A DNA stretch of 64,000 nt from Alphaproteobacteria bacterium (GTDB lineage: Bacteria; Pseudomonadota; Alphaproteobacteria; Bin95). The stretch's first letter is position 1. Each line of letters begins with the position of its first letter. A program made the translations under genes and the position numbers. The notes beneath the pieces were generated by a model. It searched no databases. It saw nothing but the letters and a program-made list of their open reading frames with translations, and was not told the origin of the DNA. The DNA lies in assembly GCA_963665325.3 (NCBI GenBank), contig OZ224045.1, positions 1,632,001 to 1,696,000 of the forward strand, read 5' to 3'. This document shows, piece after piece, positions 10,671 through 20,994 of the stretch.

Positions 10671-12282
10671 GGTCCCGTTCCGCTGCCACCCCGGTCACGA
10701 GCCCGGAGGCAAGATCGGCGTTGATCGCCGCGCGGTCCCGCTCGGTCGGCGAAAACAGCCCGCCGCCGCCGGGTGTCTGGAATGTTACCTCATCGCCCCG
10801 CGCCAATACGGTCCGTGACTTCGGTTCCAACCGCTCGCCGTTCAGCAGGTCGATGCCGGGTGTGCCGCTCTGTCCGCCGATCAGGCCGCGGGGCGGGAAC
10901 TTCACGCGTTCGTGCCGGATCGTCATGGTGATCGGCGCCTCCGAGATCGAACGGAAGCGGATCCGCTGTGCATTGCCGCCCCTGAACCGGCCCGCACCGC
11001 CCGTGTCGGGCACGAAGGCCTTCTCGACGATCATCATCGGCGTCTGGTTTTCGAAGACCTCGGCCGGCTCGTTAGAGACATTGGACGGGAAACTCAGGCA
11101 GCCGGGCCCATCGCCCGTCGCCCGCGCGCCATGGCCGCCGTTCATGAAGTACATCTTCACGAAATTGCCGGTGCCATCCGGCCGTGTGCCGGTGAAATAG
11201 ACGTTCCAGAGAGGAGAGCCCGACTCAGCCACCGCCCGCTCCGGCACCACCTGCGACAACGCACCGATCACAGCTGGCGGGACGTAGTGCCCGGAGAGGT
11301 GTCGCCCCCAGACCGGCGCGGGGGGCGAAGCATTAAGCAGGCATCCCTCCGGCGCCGAGATGTCGATCGGGCGGAGCGAGCCGGCATTGTTGGGCGCTTC
11401 CGGGTCAAGGAGGCACTTCACAGCATAGCGGGCGTAGGCCTGGGTGTAGTTCAGCACACAATTGACCGGCCAGGGCACCTGGGGCGATGTACCGGCAAAG
11501 TCTATCGCCATCCGGTCGCCCTCGACCGTCACCGAGCAGGCGACATGCAGTGGATAATCGAACCCGTCGGTATCGAAAGCGTCCCGATATGTCCCGTCCG
11601 GCAGCGCGGCGATGGCGCGGCGCATGCTCTGTTCGGAGCGATCGATGATCTCGTCGGTTACCTTCTCGAGATCCATCAGCCCCTCGTCGTCCAGGAGGGC
11701 GGTCAGCTTCGCCGCGCAGTCGGCATAGGCCGCGAACTGGGCGCGGACATCGCCCAGGGTTTCATCGGCCATGCGAAGGTTTTCCTTCAGGAAGTCCAGC
11801 ACCGTCCGGCTTTCCTGCCCGCCCTCGACGATCCGGCAGATCGGAATGCACAGCCCTTCCTCGAACCGATCCCGCGCTGTCGGCGAGGGCGCGCCGCCGA
11901 TATCGACCGTGTGGGCGGTGGAGGCGGCAAAAGCGATCAGCCGGCCATCGCGGTGGATCGGGTGCACCATGGATATGTCGTTCAGGTGTCCGGTCCCGAT
12001 CCAGGGATCGTTCGTGATCACGACGTCGCCGGGCGCGAGGGTCTCGGCGGGGAACTTCGCCAGCACGGCCTCCAGCGTCCTGGGCAGCGTGCTTGTAAAG
12101 CTGGGGATGGAGCGCTTGGACTGGGCGACCAGGCGGCCATGCGAATCGAACAGGCTGAAGGCCATGTCGTAGTTGTCGCGCACCACGACCGAGAAGGCCG
12201 CGCGCAGGAAGGTTTCGGCCACCTGGTCGACCAGCCCCTCGATGCGCCGCCAGATCAGCCCGATGCGAATCGGGTCCATCAT
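10657..12282 (-). CDS. Hydantoinase B/oxoprolinase subunit B
   Basis: NDPWIGTGHLND, HTVDIGG, EEGL and TPGGGG; start set at ATG 12282 (ATGA overlap with the upstream stop). Confidence 0.92.
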   Translation of the reverse strand: MMDPIRIGLIWRRIEGLVDQVAETFLRAAFSVVVRDNYDMAFSLFDSHGRLVAQSKRSIPSFTSTLPRTLEAVLAKFPAETLAPGDVVITNDPWIGTGHLNDISMVHPIHRDGRLIAFAASTAHTVDIGGAPSPTARDRFEEGLCIPICRIVEGGQESRTVLDFLKENLRMADETLGDVRAQFAAYADCAAKLTALLDDEGLMDLEKVTDEIIDRSEQSMRRAIAALPDGTYRDAFDTDGFDYPLHVACSVTVEGDRMAIDFAGTSPQVPWPVNCVLNYTQAYARYAVKCLLDPEAPNNAGSLRPIDISAPEGCLLNASPPAPVWGRHLSGHYVPPAVIGALSQVVPERAVAESGSPLWNVYFTGTRPDGTGNFVKMYFMNGGHGARATGDGPGCLSFPSNVSNEPAEVFENQTPMMIVEKAFVPDTGGAGRFRGGNAQRIRFRSISEAPITMTIRHERVKFPPRGLIGGQSGTPGIDLLNGERLEPKSRTVLARGDEVTFQTPGGGGLFSPTERDRAAINADLASGLVTGVAAERDHGRN

Positions 12283-13211
12283 TGTCCGTCTTTCCAGACA
12301 GGGGTCAGCCAGTGGTCGTACTCGGGGACGCGGCCGCGTACGACCGCGTCGTAGCGGACCTGCAGTCTGCGAGTCGCGTCGCCCGGGGTTCCATCGCCCA
12401 CCGGTTTGCGGTCGATGCTGAGTATCGGCACGATCTCCTGGCCCGTGCCGCAGTAGAGCGCCTCCTCGGCGAGGTAGAGTTCGGTCCGGCCGACCTCGCG
12501 CTGGATGACGGAGGAACCGGCCCCGTCGGCAATCTCGATCAGCGTGCGGCGGGTGACGCTCTCGAGGATTCCAGCGGTGACGGGAGAGGTTATCCATTCT
12601 CCGTCCCGCATCAGGAAGATGCAGCCGCCCGGCCCCTCACTGACGGTGCCGTCACGGTTCAGGATGACGGCGGCGTCGAAACCGTTTCGCTTGGCCTCGA
12701 GCCCCGCGAGGCGGTTGTTCAGGTAGTTGGCGGATGCCTTGATCCGGGGCGGGCTGGCATCGTCCTCGATGCGCCGCCAGGTGCTGACGCAGAAATGCAT
12801 GCCGTTCGTGAAGGCCGGCGCCCGGCCGCGCGACCGGCAGACGATAGAGCTGGACGCCGGGCCGGTCGCCGTCATCTCGCCCCAGTCGTCCACATAAACC
12901 TGGATACGGACATAACAGTCCTCGCGCATCCCGCAGGCGCGAATCAGATCGGTCGTCTGGGCGGTCAGAGTCTGGCCGTCCGGCGCGCCGTCGATATCGA
13001 CGACGCTGTTCGAGAAGTCGAGCCGCGCCATGTGCTCCGCGACGCGAAAGAGGAAAAGCTCGCCTGCGTCGGCGTTCCAGTAGCCGCGCAAGCCTTCGAA
13101 GGCGAGGACCGAGAAGGTCAGTCCCGGCGCCATGATCGAGACCTTTGCCTCGTCGAACGGCACAATCCGGCCATTCAGGGTTGCGTAGGGCGGGCGTTCG
13201 TTTCCGGTCAT
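12279..13211 (-). CDS. Class IV (branched-chain type) aminotransferase
   Basis: FEGLRGY, IKASANY (PLP lysine), SEGPG, ILESVTR and GTGQE. Confidence 0.92.
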   Translation of the reverse strand: MTGNERPPYATLNGRIVPFDEAKVSIMAPGLTFSVLAFEGLRGYWNADAGELFLFRVAEHMARLDFSNSVVDIDGAPDGQTLTAQTTDLIRACGMREDCYVRIQVYVDDWGEMTATGPASSSIVCRSRGRAPAFTNGMHFCVSTWRRIEDDASPPRIKASANYLNNRLAGLEAKRNGFDAAVILNRDGTVSEGPGGCIFLMRDGEWITSPVTAGILESVTRRTLIEIADGAGSSVIQREVGRTELYLAEEALYCGTGQEIVPILSIDRKPVGDGTPGDATRRLQVRYDAVVRGRVPEYDHWLTPVWKDGQ

Positions 13212-13229
13212 CGTTTCGGTCTCGTCGGT

Positions 13230-14744
13230 TCAGGTATCTGTGCGTCGGGCCCGGCGTACGCGGCAGCGCCGCCAGAGGACGAAGGCTATGGCGCTACCCA
13301 TGATCGCCAGAAGCGCAAGGAAGGCCGGACGCTTGAAGACGAACAGGATGTGCGCGTCATAGGTCGGGGCGAGGAGCAGCACCGTGCGCAGGTTCTCCTC
13401 GAGCAACGGCATCAGGATGAACCCGATCAGAAGCGGCACCGGCGGGAAGCCGTGGCGCATCATGAGGTAGCCCGCAATCCCGAAGACGAAGACGAGCTGC
13501 ACATCGAAGAGAGAGCCGCGCAGCGCATAGCTCCCGGCCGCCGCGATCGCCAGCACGCTTGCCAGCAACAACCGGCGCGGCACCGAGAAGGCGAACCGCG
13601 CGACATGCAACATGCCGAGGCCGATGACGAGATTGACCAGGTTGGCCATGATCAGCGCCGCATAGATCGCGTAGATCGGCATCGGGTTCTGCGAGAAGGC
13701 GAGCGGCCCGACATTGACCCCCTGCACCATCAGGGCGCCCAGGATCAGTGCCGCCGCGATATCTCCGGGGATGCCAAAGGCCAACAGCGGGATCAGGTTG
13801 GCGCCGGAAACGGCGTTGTTCGCCGCCTCCGGTGCGGCCACGCCTTCGAGTGCGCCCTTGCCGAACGCCTCTGGCTTCCTGGAGGTGCGCCTTGCTTCTC
13901 CGTAGGCAATGAAGGCGGCCACCGTCGAGCCAAGACCCGGCATCGCGCCGATCGCCGTGCCGATGGCGGACGAGCGGAAAAGGACCGGGATACAGCCCCG
14001 GAACTCGGGCCAGGACACGCGGTTGTCCTCACGCTTCCTGGAATAGCGGATCGCTTTCGAGGACAGTTCCGTGTTCGACCCACCCATCTGCCGGAACACC
14101 TCGGACACGGCGAGAAAACCGATCAGCATCGGGATCAGACCGATGCCTTCTTCGAGCTCGGGATTGCCGAAGGTCAGCCGTTCGGTCGCGGTGATCGGGT
14201 CAAGCCCGATGATGCCGATCGTCACGCCCACCAGCGTCGCGACCAGTCCCTTCCAGATCGGCCGGCTGGACAGCATACCGAGCGAGCCGAGCGCCAGGAC
14301 GATAAGCAGCGTGTATTCCGCCGGTCCGAACTTCAACGCGACGAGCGCGAGAACGCTGGCAAAGAAGATGAGGCAGACGTCGCTGAAGGTATCGCCGAAG
14401 ACCGAGGCGTAGAGCGCCATCTTGATAGCCTTGGCCCCCTTGCCGGCTTGCGCCAGCGGATAGCCGTCAAGCACCGTGGCCGATGCCGCGGGCGTTCCCG
14501 GCGTTCGGATCAGGATGGCGGTGACGCTGCTGCCGAACAGCGACCCCTTGAACATGCCGAGCAGCATGGGGATCCCGACCCAGGGGTCGAAGTAGAAGGA
14601 ATAGGGAATCAGCAGGGCGACGGCCATCGACGCCGTCAGCCCCGGGATCGCGCCCAGGATCTGGCCTGCAGCGATCCCCAGCACCACGGCGAGCAGGCTT
14701 TGCCAGGTGAGCGCGAGGCCGATTCCTTCGACGATCGGGTCCAT
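13230..14744 (-). CDS. tctA: Tripartite tricarboxylate transporter large permease
   Basis: GAIPGL, TPGTPAS, APEAANNA and GIPGD motifs; many TM segments. Confidence 0.93.
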   Translation of the reverse strand: MDPIVEGIGLALTWQSLLAVVLGIAAGQILGAIPGLTASMAVALLIPYSFYFDPWVGIPMLLGMFKGSLFGSSVTAILIRTPGTPAASATVLDGYPLAQAGKGAKAIKMALYASVFGDTFSDVCLIFFASVLALVALKFGPAEYTLLIVLALGSLGMLSSRPIWKGLVATLVGVTIGIIGLDPITATERLTFGNPELEEGIGLIPMLIGFLAVSEVFRQMGGSNTELSSKAIRYSRKREDNRVSWPEFRGCIPVLFRSSAIGTAIGAMPGLGSTVAAFIAYGEARRTSRKPEAFGKGALEGVAAPEAANNAVSGANLIPLLAFGIPGDIAAALILGALMVQGVNVGPLAFSQNPMPIYAIYAALIMANLVNLVIGLGMLHVARFAFSVPRRLLLASVLAIAAAGSYALRGSLFDVQLVFVFGIAGYLMMRHGFPPVPLLIGFILMPLLEENLRTVLLLAPTYDAHILFVFKRPAFLALLAIMGSAIAFVLWRRCRVRRARRTDT

Positions 14745-14748
14745 GCGG

Positions 14749-15243
14749 TCAGCCGTCGAAGAGCATGCCGGTCGGAAGCCGGATCGAAAATATCCGGTCG
14801 AAGAGCAGCCAGATCAGCCCCATCACCGCAACCGGCTGGCCGACGAGATAGAGCCGTCGCCGCTCGCCCATCACCATCATCAGCGCCAGAATCATGCAAA
14901 TGCCGGCGATGTAGTATCCGGCAAGCGGGACCAGTACGAACGCGAAGACGAGGGCGACACCGATGCCGGCAGCGTTCCTGAGCCAGGAGCCCGTCCCGAC
15001 CTCCTCGTCCGGTGCAGCAACTCCCCCGCCTATCAATAAGGAGACCAGCCGCACGCCCATGATAAGGGCCATCAGGATCGCCGCAACGTGGGCCGAGAAG
15101 CTGGGCGGCAGGCCCTGGTCCAGGCCGAAACCTTCGGGATTCTCGATTCCGTAGGGAATCACGGCAAAGTAGAACACGGCATCGGCCAGTAGCAGCCCGC
15201 AGAGCAGTAAGATCTCGCGGCGTGGCTGCATATCCATCGTCAC
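14749..15243 (-). CDS. tctB: Tripartite tricarboxylate transporter small permease
   Basis: About 4 TM segments, C-terminal F...LPxG, located between tctA and tctC. Confidence 0.85.
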   Translation of the reverse strand: MTMDMQPRREILLLCGLLLADAVFYFAVIPYGIENPEGFGLDQGLPPSFSAHVAAILMALIMGVRLVSLLIGGGVAAPDEEVGTGSWLRNAAGIGVALVFAFVLVPLAGYYIAGICMILALMMVMGERRRLYLVGQPVAVMGLIWLLFDRIFSIRLPTGMLFDG

Positions 15244-15328
15244 GCTTTGGTCATCCCTGCTGCGATAGGGGCCCGCTCGGCAGGCCCGCTCCCGGACGTG
15301 CGCCGGGAGCGGGAAGAGACCCGCGGCC

Positions 15329-16282
15329 TCACTTCATGCCGATCTCGGCGATCGTTTTCTTCGCGGCTTCGTAGTCCATTGTTACGATCTCGGTGAACTC
15401 GGCGCTTCCGGCGTGCTTCAGCGCCCACTTGCGTTGCTCGGCCAGCTTCCGGAACTCGGGGCTTGCCACGACCTTCGGCAACACCTCGTCCCACTTGGCC
15501 AGCACTTCCTCGGGCAGGTTCGCCGGCCCGGCGAAGCCGAAGAAGATCGCGGGAGCAATCGGATACCCGGCTTCGGTCAAGGTCGGCGCGTCGGGGTTCA
15601 CCGGGTTCCTGCTCGGCGTGCCCTCGGCCAGGATGCGGGTCTGGCCGTCAAGCGTGGCCTTGTTGCCCTCGGAGATCATCGCAAGGTCGATCGTTTCGCC
15701 CAGAAGCGCCGCCAACACCTTCGAGCCGCCGCGGAAAGGCACGTAGGTCGCCGTCACGCCCTCTTTCTTGAACATCGCCTCGACCGCGACGTGCGGGCCG
15801 CCACGCTGGACGGAGGTCGACCAGCGCAGCTTGCCGGGATTTGCCTTCGCATAGGCAATGACGTCGGCGAGCGTCTTCCACTCACTGCCCGAGCGCACGA
15901 TCAACGGCTGGTTGCTCGAGACGATCTGGCCCACATAGCTCAGATCCTTGAGCGGATGGTAGGGCGCGCTCATCATATGCGGCCGGATGGTGATCGGGCT
16001 GGTCGAAATGAAGCCCAGCGTGTAACCGTCCGCCTTTGCCTTGGCCGTAGCGCCGATGCCGATGGTGGCGCCGCCGCCCGTCTTGTTCTCGACATTGATC
16101 TGCACGCCCATCATGTCGCCGGCGAGCTTGGCGACGATCCGGGTCGCAGTATCGCCGCCGCCGCCCGCCGAATAGGGGCAGATCAGCGTGATCGTCTTGT
16201 TGGGATAGCTGTCGGCGGCAGCAATCCCCGACACCGAGACGGCGAGTGCGAACCCGCCAAGAAAACTTGCAATGCGACGCAT
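15329..16282 (-). CDS. tctC: Tripartite tricarboxylate transporter substrate-binding protein
   Basis: Signal peptide, YPNKTITLICPYSAGGGGD, VENKTGGGA and VPFRGGS. Confidence 0.93.
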   Translation of the reverse strand: MRRIASFLGGFALAVSVSGIAAADSYPNKTITLICPYSAGGGGDTATRIVAKLAGDMMGVQINVENKTGGGATIGIGATAKAKADGYTLGFISTSPITIRPHMMSAPYHPLKDLSYVGQIVSSNQPLIVRSGSEWKTLADVIAYAKANPGKLRWSTSVQRGGPHVAVEAMFKKEGVTATYVPFRGGSKVLAALLGETIDLAMISEGNKATLDGQTRILAEGTPSRNPVNPDAPTLTEAGYPIAPAIFFGFAGPANLPEEVLAKWDEVLPKVVASPEFRKLAEQRKWALKHAGSAEFTEIVTMDYEAAKKTIAEIGMK

Positions 16283-16398
16283 TTCGGAACCTCCCTGATG
16301 GCCTTGTCGCGAAGTCGGCGGCGGTGGGATCGCCGTCCGTCGGCAGAGAGGTTATCGCCACGCCAATCATGATGTAAAATTCATTAGCATCATTGGTC

Positions 16399-16415
16399 CA
16401 TGAGCTGGCGTCATG
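16399..16415. promoter_or_regulatory. Putative LysR box
   Basis: CATGA-GCTGGCG-TCATG inverted repeat containing T-N11-A, in the divergent tctC/lysR intergenic region. Confidence 0.5.
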
Positions 16416-16434
16416 CAATTGCAGTGCGGCGTAT

Positions 16435-17340
16435 ATGCTTCAACCTGGTGAACTGAAGGCTTTCCTGGCCGTCGCCGAGACCGGCAGCGTGACCCGCGCG
16501 GCCGAACTGCTGGGCCTTACCCAGTCGGGCGTGAGCCGCAAGATTGCCGGGCTTGAGTCGGCGCTCGGATTCCTGCTCTTCGACCGAAACCGCGGCCGCG
16601 TCACGCTGAACCGGCAGGGCCGGGCATTTGCGCCGCATGCGAGGCGGGTTGTGGACACAGTCGGAAACCTGCCAAGGATTGCTCGGGCCATCGGTGACGG
16701 CGCCTATGACCGCGTTCGGGTCGCAGCCACGAGTTCTCCGATGCACGGCCTCTTGCCGCCGGCGCTCAAGCGCTATCTCGACGAACGCCCCGACCTGCCG
16801 CCAAGCGCGACGATGCGGAGCCTGACCGAAATTCTGAATCTCGAGGCAGCGGACGCCTACGATCTGGTCATTGCGCCGCTGCCGATGCGTCCGCTCGCCT
16901 TTCGGCTGGTAGCGGAGTATCCGTTCAGTCTTGTCTTGGCCGTCCCGAAATCGCTGCTCCCGCCGGATGCCGGCCCGGTCGAAGGCGTCTGGCCCGATCT
17001 GGAGCGCCTCGCCAGACTGCCGTTCATCTCCCTCGACCCGTTCGCGTCGTACCAGGAAAGCGTCGAGGCGGTGCTGGCCCGGCTGGACCTCGGCGTGCAT
17101 TACGTCGCCGAGACCACATCGGTCGTCACCGCCGCGCTGATGACACGGGCAGGCGTCGGCTGCGCCTTTCTCGATCCTTTCATCGCTGCGGCCTTCAGCG
17201 GACCGGCGGTCATGGTCGCCCTTACCAGGCCGGAGGTGCCACACGCCTACGGCGCACACGTCCCGCATGGAACCGAAGTTGCGCCAGAGGCACGTCGTCT
17301 GCTTACAGCGATCGGCCACGTCATGGGAGCCGATATGTGA
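16435..17340 (+). CDS. LysR-family transcriptional regulator
   Basis: LKAFLAVAETGSVTRAAELLGLTQSGVSRKIAGLE...LFDR HTH; divergent from the TTT operon. Confidence 0.93.
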   Translation: MLQPGELKAFLAVAETGSVTRAAELLGLTQSGVSRKIAGLESALGFLLFDRNRGRVTLNRQGRAFAPHARRVVDTVGNLPRIARAIGDGAYDRVRVAATSSPMHGLLPPALKRYLDERPDLPPSATMRSLTEILNLEAADAYDLVIAPLPMRPLAFRLVAEYPFSLVLAVPKSLLPPDAGPVEGVWPDLERLARLPFISLDPFASYQESVEAVLARLDLGVHYVAETTSVVTAALMTRAGVGCAFLDPFIAAAFSGPAVMVALTRPEVPHAYGAHVPHGTEVAPEARRLLTAIGHVMGADM

Positions 17341-17683
17341 GCTGAAACATCTCGCGACGCCGTTCGACACCGGCCGGTTGCAGCAGCGGAATCGCATCGT
17401 TCCAGCGGTTGTTCCTGTCCGATGGAAACGGTCCATCGTCAGGTTGTGGAACGAACGCGACCGGGCGCGTGCGCCGCCGGCCCATCGTCCCAGCCAGGCT
17501 GACGCGCATCGTTACCGCGAAGAAGCCGGGTGCGGCCGTGAGGAGGCCGCAAGGAAGCCCGGAAGGTCGTGGTACTCCGTCAATATTCTCACGAATGCGA
17601 GACATATGGGTGGCTTACGATGTGCCGGCCGGATTCCCGACCACGTGCGTATCCGGGCTGGGGCGGTAGTGAGGGGTAGTGCG

Positions 17684-17807
17684 GTGAATCTCGACGTGTT
17701 GATCAGCGGCGCGATCCGGAAATACGGCCACCGGACGGCTGTCTTCGGCGAGCGGCGCAAGGTCCGCTTCGACGAGTTGGGCGAGCGCACGAACCGGTTG
17801 GGCTCCT
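17684..17807 (+). pseudogene. N-terminal remnant of an AMP-binding (acyl-CoA ligase) gene
   Basis: GAGG then GTG: MNLDVLISGAIRKYGHRTAVFGERRKVRFDELGERTNRLG, after which similarity is lost. Confidence 0.5.
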
Positions 17808-17885
17808 CAGCCTCCCGCGAGCATGTGTACGACACCGACAGCCAGTTCGGGGTCCGCTCCGGTAGCGGGCGAAATCGCCCCCCCT

Positions 17886-18140
17886 TCAGCCGCTTTCCTT
17901 CCCTGTTCCGGCGCTGCCCCAGGGATCCGGCGTGCTGTGTTTCGGCACGGGCGGTTTGCGGAAGAACCGCAGGCCGCAGAGTTCGAGATGCTCCAGAATA
18001 CCGCGGGCGAGGGGCCTGAAGCGGTTGTGATCGCCGGGCCTGTACCGCTTCGGCCACAGCTTCTCTTCCTTGCTGAGCGCCATCTCGATATCGAAGAGCA
18101 CTTCGTCGCGCGGCGCCGACAGGCTGTCTTCCTTGTGCAT
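17886..18140 (-). CDS. Small hypothetical protein (84 aa)
   Basis: GAGG upstream of ATG, natural-looking composition (ILEHLELCGLRFFRKPP). Confidence 0.6.
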   Translation of the reverse strand: MHKEDSLSAPRDEVLFDIEMALSKEEKLWPKRYRPGDHNRFRPLARGILEHLELCGLRFFRKPPVPKHSTPDPWGSAGTGKESG

Positions 18141-18550
18141 GGAGGCCTCTCACGAAATATGGAACATTTCAGCAACATATAGTTTGCCGCCGCGCACCTG
18201 CCAAGCAGGCACTACGTCAGACACGGGCGGGTAGCTGCGAGGCCATTCAACCGGACGGTGCGTTGAGGTCGCCCGGGCGGGGGTCGAATGAGGGCGGCAG
18301 TTTGTCAAGTCGTCGCTCGGGAACCGTGTCCGGAGGCGAGGTCGGAGGTGCTCTTACAGGCCTTCATACGGAACCTCCCCTTCCGACCGGCCGTCGGCTC
18401 ATCGGGTCCTTCATGGCGTCCGGAACACCAAATCTGTACCGGCCGCGTGCTCAGGGTGCAGCGATCCGCCCCGAGGGTGAAAATGCGTGCGGTTGAACAC
18501 ATTGAGGCCGCAACGGCAGCGGGGTTCGAGGGGTATGGCCGTTGCGCAGC

Positions 18551-18832
18551 TCAGTGCATCGAACCACCGAAGCGCTCCGACGGCGTCTCGGCGGCGCCTG
18601 CCGTCCAGTCGAGCAGGCGGCGCAGTGCGGCGAGATCGGCGTGGTGCAGGAAGACCGCCACGCGTGGCGACGCCCGGTTCTCACCGGCTGCACGGCGCGC
18701 CTCGGCAAAGGTGATCTTCGCGCCGCCGGCCATGGGCGAAACGAAGACCTTGTTCGCGAAGATCGCCGGCGTCTCACCGATCGCGGTTTCTTCCTCCGCG
18801 GACGCCGACTGCGGCGCGTCCCGTTCGTCCAT
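18551..18832 (-). CDS. Small hypothetical protein (93 aa)
   Basis: GGAGG RBS; lies directly downstream of the cold-shock gene on the same strand. Confidence 0.6.
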   Translation of the reverse strand: MDERDAPQSASAEEETAIGETPAIFANKVFVSPMAGGAKITFAEARRAAGENRASPRVAVFLHHADLAALRRLLDWTAGAAETPSERFGGSMH

Positions 18833-18873
18833 GCTTTCCTCCGATGCGGCTGTCCGCTGTGATGCCGGCCCGT

Positions 18874-19437
18874 TCAGAGCGGCTCTATTTCCCTTGCCTG
18901 GAGCCCGCGCGGCACGCTTTCGGCTCGGACGAAGACGCGTTGTCCCGGCAGCAGATCGGTCATGCCCGAGCGAAACAGGACGCTGGAATGAACGAACACC
19001 TCGGGGCCGCCATCGTCCGGCACGACAAAGCCGAACCCTCTCGCCGGATCGTAGAACTTGACCGAGCCTGGCGCCTCCACGTCTGCCCGCGGCGGATCAT
19101 CAACCAGCGGGCCCGGGTGCCGGGCTTCGAACGAGCGGTTGCCGACCGCCGGGCCCCCAAATCGGAGTCCGGTGCGAGCGGACCCGGCCGCCGGCGGGTC
19201 AACCGAGAGGATCCTCGACGCCTGGGGTCCCCTGTCGCCCGGTGCGATCTCGCAGGTTACCGCCGCGCCCTGGGGCTGCGTGTCATATCCCGATGCCTGT
19301 ACGGCAGTCAGGTGGCAGAACAGGTCGGCAGAGCCGTCCTCGGGTTCCAGGAAGCCGTAACCCTTTGCCGGATCGTACAATTTGACCGTCGCCGAAATGT
19401 GCGTGCCGGTGCCGGATTCTGAAAACCGGTTCGTCAT
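18874..19437 (-). CDS. Cold-shock protein with two CSD domains
   Basis: Two RNP1/RNP2 sets: KGYGFL...LFCH and RGFGFV...VFVH. Confidence 0.9.
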   Translation of the reverse strand: MTNRFSESGTGTHISATVKLYDPAKGYGFLEPEDGSADLFCHLTAVQASGYDTQPQGAAVTCEIAPGDRGPQASRILSVDPPAAGSARTGLRFGGPAVGNRSFEARHPGPLVDDPPRADVEAPGSVKFYDPARGFGFVVPDDGGPEVFVHSSVLFRSGMTDLLPGQRVFVRAESVPRGLQAREIEPL

Positions 19438-19581
19438 CCCGAATAACTTTCCCTCATACGGTTATGTTCGTATGGATTGCCTCTTCTACCGTCCATCCCG
19501 TGGGCGGTGAAGGTCCCCGGGCAAGCGCCGGTGGACGGGGTTCATCGATACTCGAGACCGGTTGTCCAGACGGCGAGGGAG

Positions 19582-20475
19582 ATGACGATGCGTGTTGCCG
19601 GGTATTGGTCGCTGGCATTTCTGATGCTGTTGCTGGCGCCGGCGGCAGCGGTCGCCGGCGACCTGCACATTGCGGCCTGGAACCTGGAGCATCTGGACGA
19701 TACCGACGGCGAAGGGTGTGTCGGGCGCAGCAGCACCGACTACGCCGCGCTCGCAAGACAGATTGAGGAACTGGGCGCCGATATCGTCGCTTTCCAGGAG
19801 GTGGAGGACGAGGCGGCCGCGCGCCGCGTGTTCCCGGCCTCTGAATGGCACATCGAGATGTCCGGGCGCCCGCCGATGGAGCCCAGCCGGGCCTGCTGGG
19901 GCAAGCCTGAGGCGCGTCTCGGGCATCTGGCGACGGGGTTCGCGATCCGGAAGGGCATTCGTTATCGGCGCAACGCCGATCTGAAGGTGCTGGGAGGCGA
20001 GGACGCTTTCCAGCGCTGGGGTGTCGACATCGCAGCGGGCGCCGGTGGGGAGGAGCTGCGCCTGCTGTCCGTGCATCTCAAGACCGGCTGTTGGGGCAGG
20101 AAACAGGACCGGGACAACAGAAGCAGGAAAGCCTGCGCGACGCTCCGGGGCCAGATCGAGAGCCTCAGGGCCTGGGTCGACGCCCGCCGGGCCGAGGAGG
20201 CAGCTTTCGTCATCCTGGGCGACTTCAACCGCCGTCTGGCATTGCCGGAGGACTGGGCCTGGCGTCTGTTGTCTCCGCCATCGGCGCCGCTTCTGCTGCT
20301 GACCGAAGGTGTGCCGTTCCGTTGCGACCCACGTTTCCCGGCCTTCATCGACCACATTGTGGAAGGCGGCGGTGCGGAGGCGATGCGGGTGGCGGGCTCG
20401 TTCCGGGAATGGCCGCGCGGGGGGCCGCACCCGGATCACTGCGCCGTGTCTGCGGTCTTCAGGGTAGGACCATAG
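19582..20475 (+). CDS. Secreted endonuclease/exonuclease/phosphatase (EEP) family protein
   Basis: Signal peptide, AAWNLEHL, AFQEV, VHLKTGC, ILGDFN, IDH and PDHC. Confidence 0.88.
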   Translation: MTMRVAGYWSLAFLMLLLAPAAAVAGDLHIAAWNLEHLDDTDGEGCVGRSSTDYAALARQIEELGADIVAFQEVEDEAAARRVFPASEWHIEMSGRPPMEPSRACWGKPEARLGHLATGFAIRKGIRYRRNADLKVLGGEDAFQRWGVDIAAGAGGEELRLLSVHLKTGCWGRKQDRDNRSRKACATLRGQIESLRAWVDARRAEEAAFVILGDFNRRLALPEDWAWRLLSPPSAPLLLLTEGVPFRCDPRFPAFIDHIVEGGGAEAMRVAGSFREWPRGGPHPDHCAVSAVFRVGP

Positions 20476-20789
20476 GGCACTGCCGGCGAGTTGCGACAGG
20501 CTGAACTGCTGCCCGACCTGCGGCTTCCTGTGACTGCTGAGAGTGGCGGTCAGCTCTCCAGCGGGAGATGGCTGTCTCCTGTTCCGGCTCCCGGTCGAGC
20601 TCAATCGACACGCGGGGCGCAGACGACCGCACATCCCGGGATGGTTCCGGACGCCTGCGGCGCGGTGCCCGGGGCTCGATACCTGCCCGGCAACTACCGA
20701 GAAGGCAGGCTCCGGGTCCGATGCATCGCTCTTGCGGCCATCGCCCGTTGGCGCTCGCGCCGCATACGGTCTTCAGTTGGCGCTGCCAG

Positions 20790-20993
20790 CATCTGGAGCC
20801 GGCAAAGCTACTGCCGACGCCAGCGGATACCGAAACGTCTCCCTCCAGGCGGATCCGAATTGCGCTTGCGGACGGCTCGCGTGTGACGGTCGACCGGGAC
20901 GTGGACGCGGCGGTGCTGTCGCAGGTGCTCGGGGTTCTGGAGCGGCGATGATCCCGGTTCCGAGCGGGGCGCGGGTCTGGCTCGCAACCGGAG
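20790..20993 (+). mobile_element. IS66 remnant (tnpA 3' end / tnpB 5' end)
   Basis: IALADGSRVTVDRDVDAAVLSQVLGVLERR* overlapping (ATGA at 20948) MIPVPSGARVWLATG. Confidence 0.8.
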
Positions 20994-20994
20994 T

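Noticed and set aside
12282-14981. 899-aa plus-strand ORF
   Set aside because: Antisense to the aminotransferase and tctA/tctB; Arg/His-rich with no recognisable domain.
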